A DNA stretch of 63,078 nt, counting the filler. It is 8 parts of 8 records of this genome, joined end to end, with 100 filler letters (N's around TTAATTAATTAA, not from the genome) between each part and the next. Parts side by side here need not be neighbours in the genome. Positions count along the whole stretch, not along the records: positions 1 to 8,876 come from SRR31156797_28483; positions 8,977 to 18,035 come from SRR31156797_28520; 6 more parts are not named here. One strand, given 5' to 3'. A program made the position numbers and the translations under genes. Below the pieces are notes generated by a model. That model was not told where the DNA came from. It saw only the letters and a program-made list of their open reading frames with translations, and did not search any database. Shown one piece after another: positions 1 through 9,020 of the stretch (position 1 is its first letter; the number at the start of each line of letters is the position of its first letter).

Positions 1-1
1 A

Positions 2-1267
2 GTTATTGATTTAGCAGAAGATAGAGAAAAGTTCTCAACTTTTGTTGAAAAAGTAGGGTTATTACAACCAGATAATGGAACTGCTGTATTAGTAGAAGAA
101 GCGATTGAGATTGCTGAAAGAATTGGATACCCAGTACTTGTTAGACCATCATTTGTACTTGGTGGTAGAGGTATGAGAATTGTTTATTCTACTGAAGAGT
201 TAAAACAGTATATGGATGAAGCAGTTTCAGTATCAAATGATGCACCAGTACTTATTGACAAATTCTTAGATAGAGCAATTGAGCTAGATGTTGATTGTAT
301 TTGTGATGGAAAAGAAGTATATATTGGTGGAATCATGCAACACATCGAAGAAGCTGGTGTTCACTCAGGTGACTCTGCTTGTTCATTACCTCCTGTTTCA
401 ATTCCAGAAGAGTTAATCAAAGAGTTAGAAGAGAAAACAAAAGCTATGGCACTAGGACTTGGTGTTGTAGGTTTAATGAATACACAATACGCTATTCATA
501 AAGGTAAAATCTTCTTAATCGAAGTTAACCCAAGAGCATCTAGAACAGTTCCATTTGTATCTAAAGCTACTGGTATGCCTTTAGCAAAAGTTGCTACAAG
601 AGTTATGTGGGGTGAATCATTAAGATCTGCACTTGATACTTATAACTCAGAGATTGTTTATGAAGATAATGGTGTATTAAAACCAATCTTAAAAGGTCAT
701 ATTGCAGTTAAAGAAGCAGTATTCCCATTCAATAAACTATCTGGTTCTGACCCAATTTTAACACCTGAAATGAAATCAACTGGTGAAGTTATGGGTATTG
801 CTGATAACTTTGGTGAAGCATATGCAAAAGCACAAAGTGCGGCTAAAAATGGACTTCCAACAGAAGGTAAAGTATTTATCTCTTTATGTGATTTAGATAA
901 AGAGTTTGCACCTAAAATTGCACAAGGACTAGTTGACAATGGATTTACAGTAGTTGCAACAGGTGGAACACACAAAGCTATCACAGAAGCTGGAATTGAG
1001 TGTGAAAAAGTACTTAAAATTTCAGAAGGAAGACCAAACATCACTGATGCAATTACAAATGGTGAAATTGCACTAGCATTTAATACAAGTGATGGTAAAG
1101 AGTCATCAAAATCAGATGGTCAAGATATCAGAAGAGCAGTATTAAAAGAGAATGTTCCATATGGTACAACAGCAGCAACAGCACTTGCTTGTATTGAAGC
1201 CATGAAAGCTTTAAGAAAGAAAGATGGATTAGGTATTAAATCTATCCAAGAATTTTTAAATGACTAA
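2..1267 (+). CDS. carB: Carbamoyl-phosphate synthase large subunit, 5'-truncated
   Basis: Frame open from position 2 (VIDLAEDREKF...). Motifs YPVLVRPSFVLGG, HIEEAGVHSGDS, IEVNPRASRTVPFVSKATG, PEMKSTGEVMG; C-terminal MGS domain. Confidence 0.97.
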   Translation, partial: VIDLAEDREKFSTFVEKVGLLQPDNGTAVLVEEAIEIAERIGYPVLVRPSFVLGGRGMRIVYSTEELKQYMDEAVSVSNDAPVLIDKFLDRAIELDVDCICDGKEVYIGGIMQHIEEAGVHSGDSACSLPPVSIPEELIKELEEKTKAMALGLGVVGLMNTQYAIHKGKIFLIEVNPRASRTVPFVSKATGMPLAKVATRVMWGESLRSALDTYNSEIVYEDNGVLKPILKGHIAVKEAVFPFNKLSGSDPILTPEMKSTGEVMGIADNFGEAYAKAQSAAKNGLPTEGKVFISLCDLDKEFAPKIAQGLVDNGFTVVATGGTHKAITEAGIECEKVLKISEGRPNITDAITNGEIALAFNTSDGKESSKSDGQDIRRAVLKENVPYGTTAATALACIEAMKALRKKDGLGIKSIQEFLND

Positions 1268-1710
1268 TGGATACTAATTTAATATATTTAGTACAAACTG
1301 ACACTACAGTAGGTTTTTCATCAGCAAATGATGAAAAACTTGCTACTGTAAAAAGAAGACCAAAATCACAAAAAATACTACAAACACTTGACTCTTTTAC
1401 TACTTTAAAAAAGTTTACAAGAGTTCCTAAAAATCATAGAAAAAGAGTTAGAAACTCTAAAAAATCTACTTTTATTTATCCTAATATGAATTCATATAGA
1501 GTTGTTGATAGAAATGATAAGTTTTACTCTTTTATTAAGAAGTTTAAAGCACATTATTCTACATCTGCAAATCATACAAAAAAGAGTTTTGAGAAAGATT
1601 TTGCATTAGCAAATAGTGATGTAATAGTTTCTTCAAAAGAAGGCTTTAGTGAAAAAGTATCTTCTTCTATTTATCTTTTAAAGAAAAGTAAAATAAAGAA
1701 AATAAGATAA
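1267..1710 (+). CDS. Short Sua5/YciO/YrdC-family protein (TsaC-like)
   Basis: QTDTTVGF, KRR..KI and YSTSAN motifs resemble YrdC-family signatures. Start overlaps the carB stop. Confidence 0.75.
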   Translation: MDTNLIYLVQTDTTVGFSSANDEKLATVKRRPKSQKILQTLDSFTTLKKFTRVPKNHRKRVRNSKKSTFIYPNMNSYRVVDRNDKFYSFIKKFKAHYSTSANHTKKSFEKDFALANSDVIVSSKEGFSEKVSSSIYLLKKSKIKKIR

Positions 1711-2322
1711 TTAATAGTTATTTTTAAAGTATAAAGCTAAAGATAATCTATCTTTTTTATGTAGTTTCTTTAAAAGAGAACTAACATATTTTTTAATTGT
1801 AACCTCTGCTAAATCAAGAGTTTTTGATATTTCACTATTGCTTAAACCTTGAGATACAAGCTCTAATACTTCAAGCTCTTTTACTGTGATTTGTTTTAAT
1901 AATGCATCCTTTTTAGACTCTTTTAACGGTATTGAAGAGATTAAGAACTGCATAAGTTCTGGATATACCCAAATATTATCATTGAGAACAGTTTTTATTA
2001 TATCTTCTAAAATCAAGATATTTGATAGTGAGTGAGCATAGGCTTTAAATCCTTGCTTTAAAAGACTACATCCTTCAATATTGTTAGTATTGTCTCTAAG
2101 TGCAATAAATCTACTAGATATTGAAAGCTCTTTTACTATCTCTAAAATTTCATGATAGTCTTCATATGTATTTAGATGATATATGAATACTAAGTTACTA
2201 ATAGCGTCTAAATCATATAATTCACTTTTGTCTTTAATAATTTTGATTTCATTAAAAGTTGAAGATTTATTAATCTCCTTTATTAAGAAATCTTTATCTG
2301 AAAATAAAACTAAAGTACTCAT
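1711..2322 (-). CDS. LuxR/NarL-family regulator with atypical receiver-like N-terminus
   Basis: C-terminal HTH ITVKELEVLELVSQGLSNSEIS...TIKKYVSSLLKKL. ATG overlaps the stop of the upstream HlyD gene. Confidence 0.88.
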   Translation of the reverse strand: MSTLVLFSDKDFLIKEINKSSTFNEIKIIKDKSELYDLDAISNLVFIYHLNTYEDYHEILEIVKELSISSRFIALRDNTNNIEGCSLLKQGFKAYAHSLSNILILEDIIKTVLNDNIWVYPELMQFLISSIPLKESKKDALLKQITVKELEVLELVSQGLSNSEISKTLDLAEVTIKKYVSSLLKKLHKKDRLSLALYFKNNY

Positions 2323-4055
2323 ATGTCTAAACTTCTTACAATAGGTTTTAATATATATTCTAAGATTGATTTTTTACCTTTAATGATATCAGCATCAACT
2401 GTCATTCCTGGTTTTATTTCAAGTCTTTTATTATCATTCACATATTTTGTTTCTGATTTTATATGAATAATATATGACTCTTTTTCTTTATCTTCTGGAT
2501 CTTTCAATGTATCTGCAGAGATATAAGAAATCTCACCATCAACTGCTCCATATAAAGAGAAGTCATATGCTCTAAGTTTAAGTCTAACCTTTTGTCCTAC
2601 ATATAAGAAGCCAATATCAGCTGGGTCAATTTTTACTTCAGCTAATAGATGTTTTGTATTTGGAATAATCTCAGCAATTACGGCACCAGAAGATATAGCT
2701 TCACCTCTTGTTTTTATATTAATTTTATTAATAACACCACTATTTGGTGCTTTAATACTTGTTTCTACTAGTTTCTCTTTTAAGAAATCTAACTCTTGAC
2801 TTACTTGGCTTAAGTCATTATTTGCCAAAATTAACTCATCTTTAGCCGAAGAATAATAAGTTTCTGTTGTTTCCTCAATACTTTTTTGAATCTCATTTAT
2901 AGACGACTTCAAAGTAGGGATAGAACCTCTAATCTTTTTTATTTCTGATTTTATATCATTCTCTTTTCTTTGTAAATCAAGTAGTTCTACTTTTGAGATA
3001 ACTCTTTCTTTAACTAAAGGTATTTTTATACTCATTTCATTTTGTATTAGTTCGTAGTTTTCTTCAGTTATTTCAAGATTTTTATATGCATCATTTAAGT
3101 CATTTCTTCTTTGTTGTAATTGTTCTTTTAATATATTTATAGAAGCTAAAAATCTTTTTTTATTTATATTGAAAAGTTCAATCTCATTTCTCATAATATC
3201 TTTATCAAAGTTTACTACATCAATGTTTTCTACGATATTCTTATTTTGAGATTGTGCTTTTAGTCTTTCTATTTTTGCAAGTAGAGACATCTTGTTACTT
3301 AAGTTTTTATCAAATTCACTTTGATATTTTAAATCAGAGAGTTTAAATAAAACTTCATCTTTATTAACTTTATCACCTTCTTTTACAAATATCTCTTTTA
3401 GTGTACCACCTTCTAAAGATGAAATAGTCTGTTTATTTGTCGTTGTTATAACTTTTCCATTTGTTCTTACAATATCATCTATTTCAGAGAAGTATGACCA
3501 AGTCAGCAAGAAAAGAACTGTGAATGTAATTAACCAAAGAACTTTATGTAAACCACTTGATGTTCTAAGAAGCACTGCTGAAGATAATGATGGCATGAAG
3601 TCTAAAACTGTTTTATCATATTTTTTCTTTAATAGATTGTCTTCATTTAATCTTTTAAGTTTCTTTTCTTTTGTTATATCAGAACTAGCAAGAATGAAAC
3701 CTACATTTTCTCCCTCATCGTTAAATAATGGAGTAATAATCGTATCTGTCCAAATATTTTCATCAGAGAAACCTGCATGTTTAATTTCACCTTTCCAATT
3801 AGTTTTTAGTTTTCTTGTTTCATTGAATTGATTTTCAAAATTTATTATAGAATCTTTCTTAATTAAAAAAGTATAGGGTTTATTAATTAAATCAGAAGGC
3901 TTATATTTAAAAACATTACATAAGTTAGTACTTACGTGTTTTATTATTCCATTAGTGTCAGTTACTGCAAGAATTACATAATTATCAAGAAGCTCTCTAT
4001 TTTGAAAGGTAAAACTACGTTTTAGATCTTTATCTAATGCTTGCGCTTGTTCCAC
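2319..4055 (-). CDS. HlyD-family type I secretion adaptor with N-terminal PAS/PAC domain
   Basis: aa ~20-130 PAS-like (AVTDTNGIIKHVS...WKGEI...WTDTIITPLFNDEGENVGFILASSDIT). Then DFMPSL segment, TM helix, ISSLEGGTLKEIFVKEGD, coiled coil, IKAPNSGVI, DIGFLYVGQ, IKPGMTV. GTG start with AAGGA RBS. Confidence 0.9.
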   Translation of the reverse strand: MEQAQALDKDLKRSFTFQNRELLDNYVILAVTDTNGIIKHVSTNLCNVFKYKPSDLINKPYTFLIKKDSIINFENQFNETRKLKTNWKGEIKHAGFSDENIWTDTIITPLFNDEGENVGFILASSDITKEKKLKRLNEDNLLKKKYDKTVLDFMPSLSSAVLLRTSSGLHKVLWLITFTVLFLLTWSYFSEIDDIVRTNGKVITTTNKQTISSLEGGTLKEIFVKEGDKVNKDEVLFKLSDLKYQSEFDKNLSNKMSLLAKIERLKAQSQNKNIVENIDVVNFDKDIMRNEIELFNINKKRFLASINILKEQLQQRRNDLNDAYKNLEITEENYELIQNEMSIKIPLVKERVISKVELLDLQRKENDIKSEIKKIRGSIPTLKSSINEIQKSIEETTETYYSSAKDELILANNDLSQVSQELDFLKEKLVETSIKAPNSGVINKINIKTRGEAISSGAVIAEIIPNTKHLLAEVKIDPADIGFLYVGQKVRLKLRAYDFSLYGAVDGEISYISADTLKDPEDKEKESYIIHIKSETKYVNDNKRLEIKPGMTVDADIIKGKKSILEYILKPIVRSLDI

Positions 4056-4192
4056 TTTAATCCTTAAGTTTAGTTTATTTAAATAAATTAATTAATTTTA
4101 TTCTAATTTTATACAAAACTTCATAAAGATTTGTTAATATTATAATAATTTTTTTTATTGATGTAACAATTACGGAGGCAAGTAGCAATTAA

Positions 4193-6004
4193 ATGACTAA
4201 AAAAATAATATTATTTCTTTCTTTGTCCGTTTTTTCTTATTCTTTTACTTTGAGTGATGGTTTTAAAACTGCATTAGAAAATGATATGGAAATAAAAATC
4301 AATGAAAACAATATAAAAAATATTAAACTAGATAAAGAGATAGCTAACTCTTTAATGAAACCTTCAATTGATTTTAGTGCAACAGTTCAGTCTTCTAAAT
4401 CTACAGAAAATAGTAGAACTCCAGACAAAGAGAAGTCTCATACAAAAACAGATGAGTATAAAATCACTGTTACTCAGCCTATTTTTGATGGTTTTGAATC
4501 AAGTAATGAAAAACAACTACAAGATTATAAGTATAAATCAGCACTATACTTTTATAAAGAGAGTCAAAATAGTTTAGCTTTTGACTACACTCAAAACTAT
4601 ATTAATGTTCTTAAAGAGAAAGATTTACTTACTTTAGGAAAAGAAGCAATATTTATTAGTGAGAAGATATTAAAGAAAGTAGATAGAAAGTTAGAAAGTG
4701 GATATGGTACACAGTTAGAATATAATGAGGCTAAAGTTCAACTAGCAGAAAGTAAAGTTAACTATCAAACTCAAAAAATAAACTTTAAAGACTCTATTGA
4801 AGGCTTAAAGTTCTATGTACAAATTGAGTTTGATTCAAATGAATTAATTAAGCCAGTTTTTAATCACAAATTACCAAAAAATTTAAATGAAGCTATTGCT
4901 AAATCTTTTGAAGAAAACCCTTCTTTAAAAGTTTCAAAACTTAATTTGGATGCAGCTAAGTATGAAGTTCAAAAAACAACAAAAAACTTTTATCCAAATT
5001 TAGATTTTGTAAGTTCATACCAAATAAATGATACTTTTCACAATAGTAATATAGAATCAAATGAGTATAGCGTAGGACTTCAGTTAAATTATAATCTTTA
5101 TAATGGAGGAAAAGACTCTTTAGAGAAAAGAAAAGCACTTCAATCTGTAAGAGAAAAACAGTTCCTTATAAAGAAAACTGAAAATGAAATTAGAAATGAA
5201 ATTAGATTAGCTTGGAATAGTTATAAGCTAAATAAAGAAAAAAATGATGCTTTAAAAGAGTATTTAGTTGTAAAAAAAGATGTTTTAGATTCGACAATAA
5301 AAGAGTTTGATCTTGGTTTAAAAAGTTTAAACAACTTATTAACAATGCATACTGAATATATTGAAGTTAAACAAGATTACATTCGAAATACCTATGACTT
5401 AATGTTATCAAAATATCGAATTCTATCAAGTATTGGAAATTTAAATGAAGTTTTAATTAATGAGATATCAATTCCAAAAAATGAAGATGAACTACCAGAC
5501 TTATTTAAAAATATTGAGTATAGTTTTGATGAAGTTGAATATACAGAAAATGAGATTGTTCTTCCTCTAGAAGATAAAATAATTGAAGAAAATGCTGTAT
5601 TAGAAGAGTCTTTTAAGAATAAGTTTTTAAGTGCAGATAAAAACAAATATACAATAAATTTAGCTCTTTCTTTTAGTGAAGAAGATGCTAAAAAGTTTAT
5701 AGAAAATAATAAACTAGAAGAAAAGGCTTTTTTCTTTAGTTTTAGATATAAAAATCCACTTCAGAAAATTATGATGGGAGTTTATAATTCAAAAAAAGAA
5801 GCATATGCTGAAATGAATAAACTATCAAAAAGTTTATTGTCAAATAAACCAAGAGTTGAGAACATAAAAATTAAACAGAATCTTTTTAAGAAGTATCACT
5901 TTACAGAATATACTGAGATAAGAAATAAAACATTATTAAAAAAGAGTGAAAAAGAGCAAACACTCTCTTCAAAAGATAACAAAAAAGATATAGAAAGAAT
6001 TTAA
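4193..6004 (+). CDS. TolC-family outer membrane protein with C-terminal SPOR-like domain
   Basis: Signal peptide and OEP repeats (TQPIFDGF, FYPNLD, YNLYNGG). After an acidic linker, KYTINLA...GVYNSKKEA...KPRVENI resembles SPOR. Confidence 0.85.
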   Translation: MTKKIILFLSLSVFSYSFTLSDGFKTALENDMEIKINENNIKNIKLDKEIANSLMKPSIDFSATVQSSKSTENSRTPDKEKSHTKTDEYKITVTQPIFDGFESSNEKQLQDYKYKSALYFYKESQNSLAFDYTQNYINVLKEKDLLTLGKEAIFISEKILKKVDRKLESGYGTQLEYNEAKVQLAESKVNYQTQKINFKDSIEGLKFYVQIEFDSNELIKPVFNHKLPKNLNEAIAKSFEENPSLKVSKLNLDAAKYEVQKTTKNFYPNLDFVSSYQINDTFHNSNIESNEYSVGLQLNYNLYNGGKDSLEKRKALQSVREKQFLIKKTENEIRNEIRLAWNSYKLNKEKNDALKEYLVVKKDVLDSTIKEFDLGLKSLNNLLTMHTEYIEVKQDYIRNTYDLMLSKYRILSSIGNLNEVLINEISIPKNEDELPDLFKNIEYSFDEVEYTENEIVLPLEDKIIEENAVLEESFKNKFLSADKNKYTINLALSFSEEDAKKFIENNKLEEKAFFFSFRYKNPLQKIMMGVYNSKKEAYAEMNKLSKSLLSNKPRVENIKIKQNLFKKYHFTEYTEIRNKTLLKKSEKEQTLSSKDNKKDIERI

Positions 6005-6006
6005 GT

Positions 6007-8199
6007 ATGATAAATCAAAATGATAATATAGATTTTAATTCACTAAAAGAGTATGATAAACAAAACTCATTATTAGATTGCCTATCAATTTTTTGTAAAA
6101 TGAATGGTAGACCTTTTTCTAGAGAATCTTTAATTTCAGGGCTTCCTATTGAGAAAGATAGAAATACTCCTATTCTTTTTTCAAAAAGAAATTCAAAAGC
6201 ACTTTTTTCAAGGGCTGCAAGTAAAGCTGGCTTTAAAACAAGAGTAATGAGAAGTAAACTAAAAGATATTAATTCTTTATTATTACCTTGTATTTTACTT
6301 ATTGATAATACTCCTGAAGATGATAGATTAGAAGGGTGTATTCTTTTAGGTTTTGATGATGAGTTTAAAAATGCAAGAATCACGCTACCTGAAGCTCCAG
6401 ATGTAGAGACTACAATCTCTATTGAAGAGTTAGAAAAAAGTTACTTTGGCTTTGCAATACTATTAAAAAAAGAGTTGTCTTTTCAAGAGAATGAATCCGC
6501 TTTATCAAGTGTAAAAGAGAGCCACTGGTTATGGGGAAGTGTAAATATTGTTAGAGATGTTTATAGAGATGTAATTATTGCTTCACTTTTAATAAATCTT
6601 TTTGTTCTTTCTACACCACTATTTACTATGAATGTTTATGACAGAGTAATTCCAAATGATGCAAAAGATACTTTATGGTTACTTGCAATAGGTGTTGTTG
6701 TTATTTATGGAATAGATATTGTATTGAAGTTTTTAAGGTCTTACTTCCTAGAAACAGCCGCTAAGAAAACAGATGTAATTGCATCATCAATTATATTTGA
6801 GAAAGTTTTAGATTTAAAGATGTCTTCTTTACCAAATTCAGTTGGTTCTTTAGCAAATATCTTAAAAGAGTTTGAGAGTATTAGAGGATTTTTAACTTCA
6901 TCCACTATTGCATTATTAATTGATATTCCTTTTATTTTTATTTTTTTAATAGCAATATATTTTATTGGGGGAGTATTAGTATTAGTCCCAATCTCAATTA
7001 TTATAATAATACTTATTTATACTTACTACTCAAAAATTAAATTAGCAAATAGTATAAAAGAATCATATGATGCTGGTTCAGATAAAAATGGTGTACTAAT
7101 TGAAAGTTTATCTTCTATTGAAACAATTAAATCTTTAGGAGCAACAGGTTATTCACAATGGAGATGGGAAGAAGCAACTTCAAAGATTGCAGATAAAAGT
7201 ATTAATACTAAAATGATATCTTCTTCAATTACTACTGTAACATCATTTTTAGTACAACTAAATACAGTAGCTTTAGTAATTTTAGGTACATATTTGATTT
7301 CTGATAATAATCTTACAATGGGTGGACTTATTGCAACTATTATTATCTCTTCAAGAACTATTTCCCCAATGGGACAAGTATCTTCTTTATTGTCAACTTT
7401 CCAGCATACAAAAACTACTTATGAAGCATTAAATGAAATAATGAACTTGCCAGAAGAACACCCTCAAGGGAAAAAATTTGTTGCTAGACCTGAGTATAAA
7501 GGAAAAATTGACTTTAAAAATGTAACCTTTACTTATCCTAACTCAGATAAAGAGACTTTGAGTGATGTCTCTTTTAGCGTAGAACCTGGTGAAAAAATTG
7601 GAATAATTGGTAAAATAGGGTCTGGAAAAACTACAGTTCAAAAGTTACTTGTATCTTTATATCATCCAGAAGAGGGTTCTATTTTAATAGATAATATAGA
7701 TATAAAACAATTAGATCCTTCAGAGCTTAGAAAAAATATAGCATATGTATCTCAAGATATTTTATTATTTAATGGTACAGTTAAAGAGAATATTGTTTAT
7801 AGAACACCTCATATTGATGATAATAAGATTTTAGAAGCAGCTGAAATAAGTGGTGTTTTAGATTTTGTTAATAAGCATCCAAAAGGTTTTGACATGCCAG
7901 TTGGAGAAAGGGGCTCTTTTCTTTCAGGTGGGCAAAAACAAAGTATAGCAATTGCTAGGTCAATTTTATTAGCTTACCCAATTGTTTTATTTGATGAACC
8001 AACAAGTTCAATGGATAGTTCAACAGAAACTAAATTCATTAATAACATAAAAAAATATCAAGATGATAAAACTGTTATTCTTGTAACACACAAAACTTCT
8101 CTTTTAAGACTTGTAGATAGAATAATAGTACTAGAAGATGGGAAAATTGTCCTTGATGGTAAGAAAGAGGATGTTATAAAGAAACTTTCAAAAGCTTAA
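6007..8199 (+). CDS. Type I secretion permease/ATPase (LapB/LssB-like)
   Basis: N-terminal C39-like domain, PLFTMNVYDRVIP, Walker A GKIGSGKT, signature LSGGQKQ, Walker B LFDEPTSSMD, H-loop VTHK. Confidence 0.95.
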   Translation: MINQNDNIDFNSLKEYDKQNSLLDCLSIFCKMNGRPFSRESLISGLPIEKDRNTPILFSKRNSKALFSRAASKAGFKTRVMRSKLKDINSLLLPCILLIDNTPEDDRLEGCILLGFDDEFKNARITLPEAPDVETTISIEELEKSYFGFAILLKKELSFQENESALSSVKESHWLWGSVNIVRDVYRDVIIASLLINLFVLSTPLFTMNVYDRVIPNDAKDTLWLLAIGVVVIYGIDIVLKFLRSYFLETAAKKTDVIASSIIFEKVLDLKMSSLPNSVGSLANILKEFESIRGFLTSSTIALLIDIPFIFIFLIAIYFIGGVLVLVPISIIIIILIYTYYSKIKLANSIKESYDAGSDKNGVLIESLSSIETIKSLGATGYSQWRWEEATSKIADKSINTKMISSSITTVTSFLVQLNTVALVILGTYLISDNNLTMGGLIATIIISSRTISPMGQVSSLLSTFQHTKTTYEALNEIMNLPEEHPQGKKFVARPEYKGKIDFKNVTFTYPNSDKETLSDVSFSVEPGEKIGIIGKIGSGKTTVQKLLVSLYHPEEGSILIDNIDIKQLDPSELRKNIAYVSQDILLFNGTVKENIVYRTPHIDDNKILEAAEISGVLDFVNKHPKGFDMPVGERGSFLSGGQKQSIAIARSILLAYPIVLFDEPTSSMDSSTETKFINNIKKYQDDKTVILVTHKTSLLRLVDRIIVLEDGKIVLDGKKEDVIKKLSKA

Positions 8200-8300
8200 T
8201 ATTTAATACTACTTTTTTATTAATATATACCAAAGTATACTTTACTAAAAAGCCATAATAATATAATATATTCTTTACAATAAGAATAAAAGGAATTATT

Positions 8301-8876
8301 ATGGCTATTGCAAGAATATCTGACATTAGAGGTTTAGTTACAATTGGTGGAGAAGGTGAAGAAATCTTAAAAAATAGAGATTTGATTTCTGACCATGGTG
8401 GTATCTTAACTATTTCAGAGTTTGCAAAGATAATCTTTGAGGATGGAAGAGAAGTAGAAGTTACAGGACCTGTCTCTTTTAACCTAGATAGCTCTTTTTT
8501 TAATGAAGGAACTTTTGAAGACTCAATAACACAAATAAGTGACTTAGCTAGCTTAGAATACGTAAATAATATTATTGATGAAACAAATATTGAAGACATA
8601 ATTATTCCATCGGAATTAGAACAAGTTGAAACTAATAATGAAATTCAAAGTGAACAATTAGATACAACTGTTGAAAATAACAATGATAATGATCCTTTAG
8701 AGACTCAACCTAATAATATAGAAAATGAGCCTATTGATATTACTAATGAACTTACTGAAGAAGAAACAGAAACTGAAAATCCGCAAGTTCCAGAAATTGA
8801 AACTCCTGTTGAACCTGAACCAGAAATCCCAGTAGAACCTGAAGTACCAGCAGATACAAGTGTACTAGCACCAACA
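8301..8876 (+). CDS. Probable large T1SS-secreted adhesin, N-terminal fragment (retention-module-like), truncated at contig end
   Basis: Follows the T1SS ATPase, has no Sec signal, has a beta-rich N-terminal domain, then a very acidic PE/PVE-rich linker. AAGGA RBS. Confidence 0.6.
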
Positions 8877-8976
8877 NNNNNNNNNNNNNNNNNNNNNNNN
8901 NNNNNNNNNNNNNNNNNNNNTTAATTAATTAANNNNNNNNNNNNNNNNNNNNNNNNNNNNNNNNNNNNNNNNNNNN
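8877..8976. other. Artificial contig spacer
   Basis: 44 N + TTAATTAATTAA (stops in all six frames) + 44 N; composition changes across it. Confidence 0.99.
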
Positions 8977-9006
8977 AACCGTTTCTCGTTTGGGAAGCGG
9001 TTTTTT
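8977..9006 (+). terminator. Intrinsic terminator hairpin, possibly bidirectional
   Basis: AACCGTTTC...GAAGCGGTT followed by a T run, just beyond the stop of the convergent MltF-like gene. Confidence 0.6.
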
Positions 9007-9020
9007 ATTGAACCAATTAT

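Noticed and set aside
1267-1710. Unusually short Sua5/YrdC protein as a possible pseudogene
   Set aside because: The ORF is intact and coupled to carB; short forms are, to my knowledge, usual in Campylobacterota.
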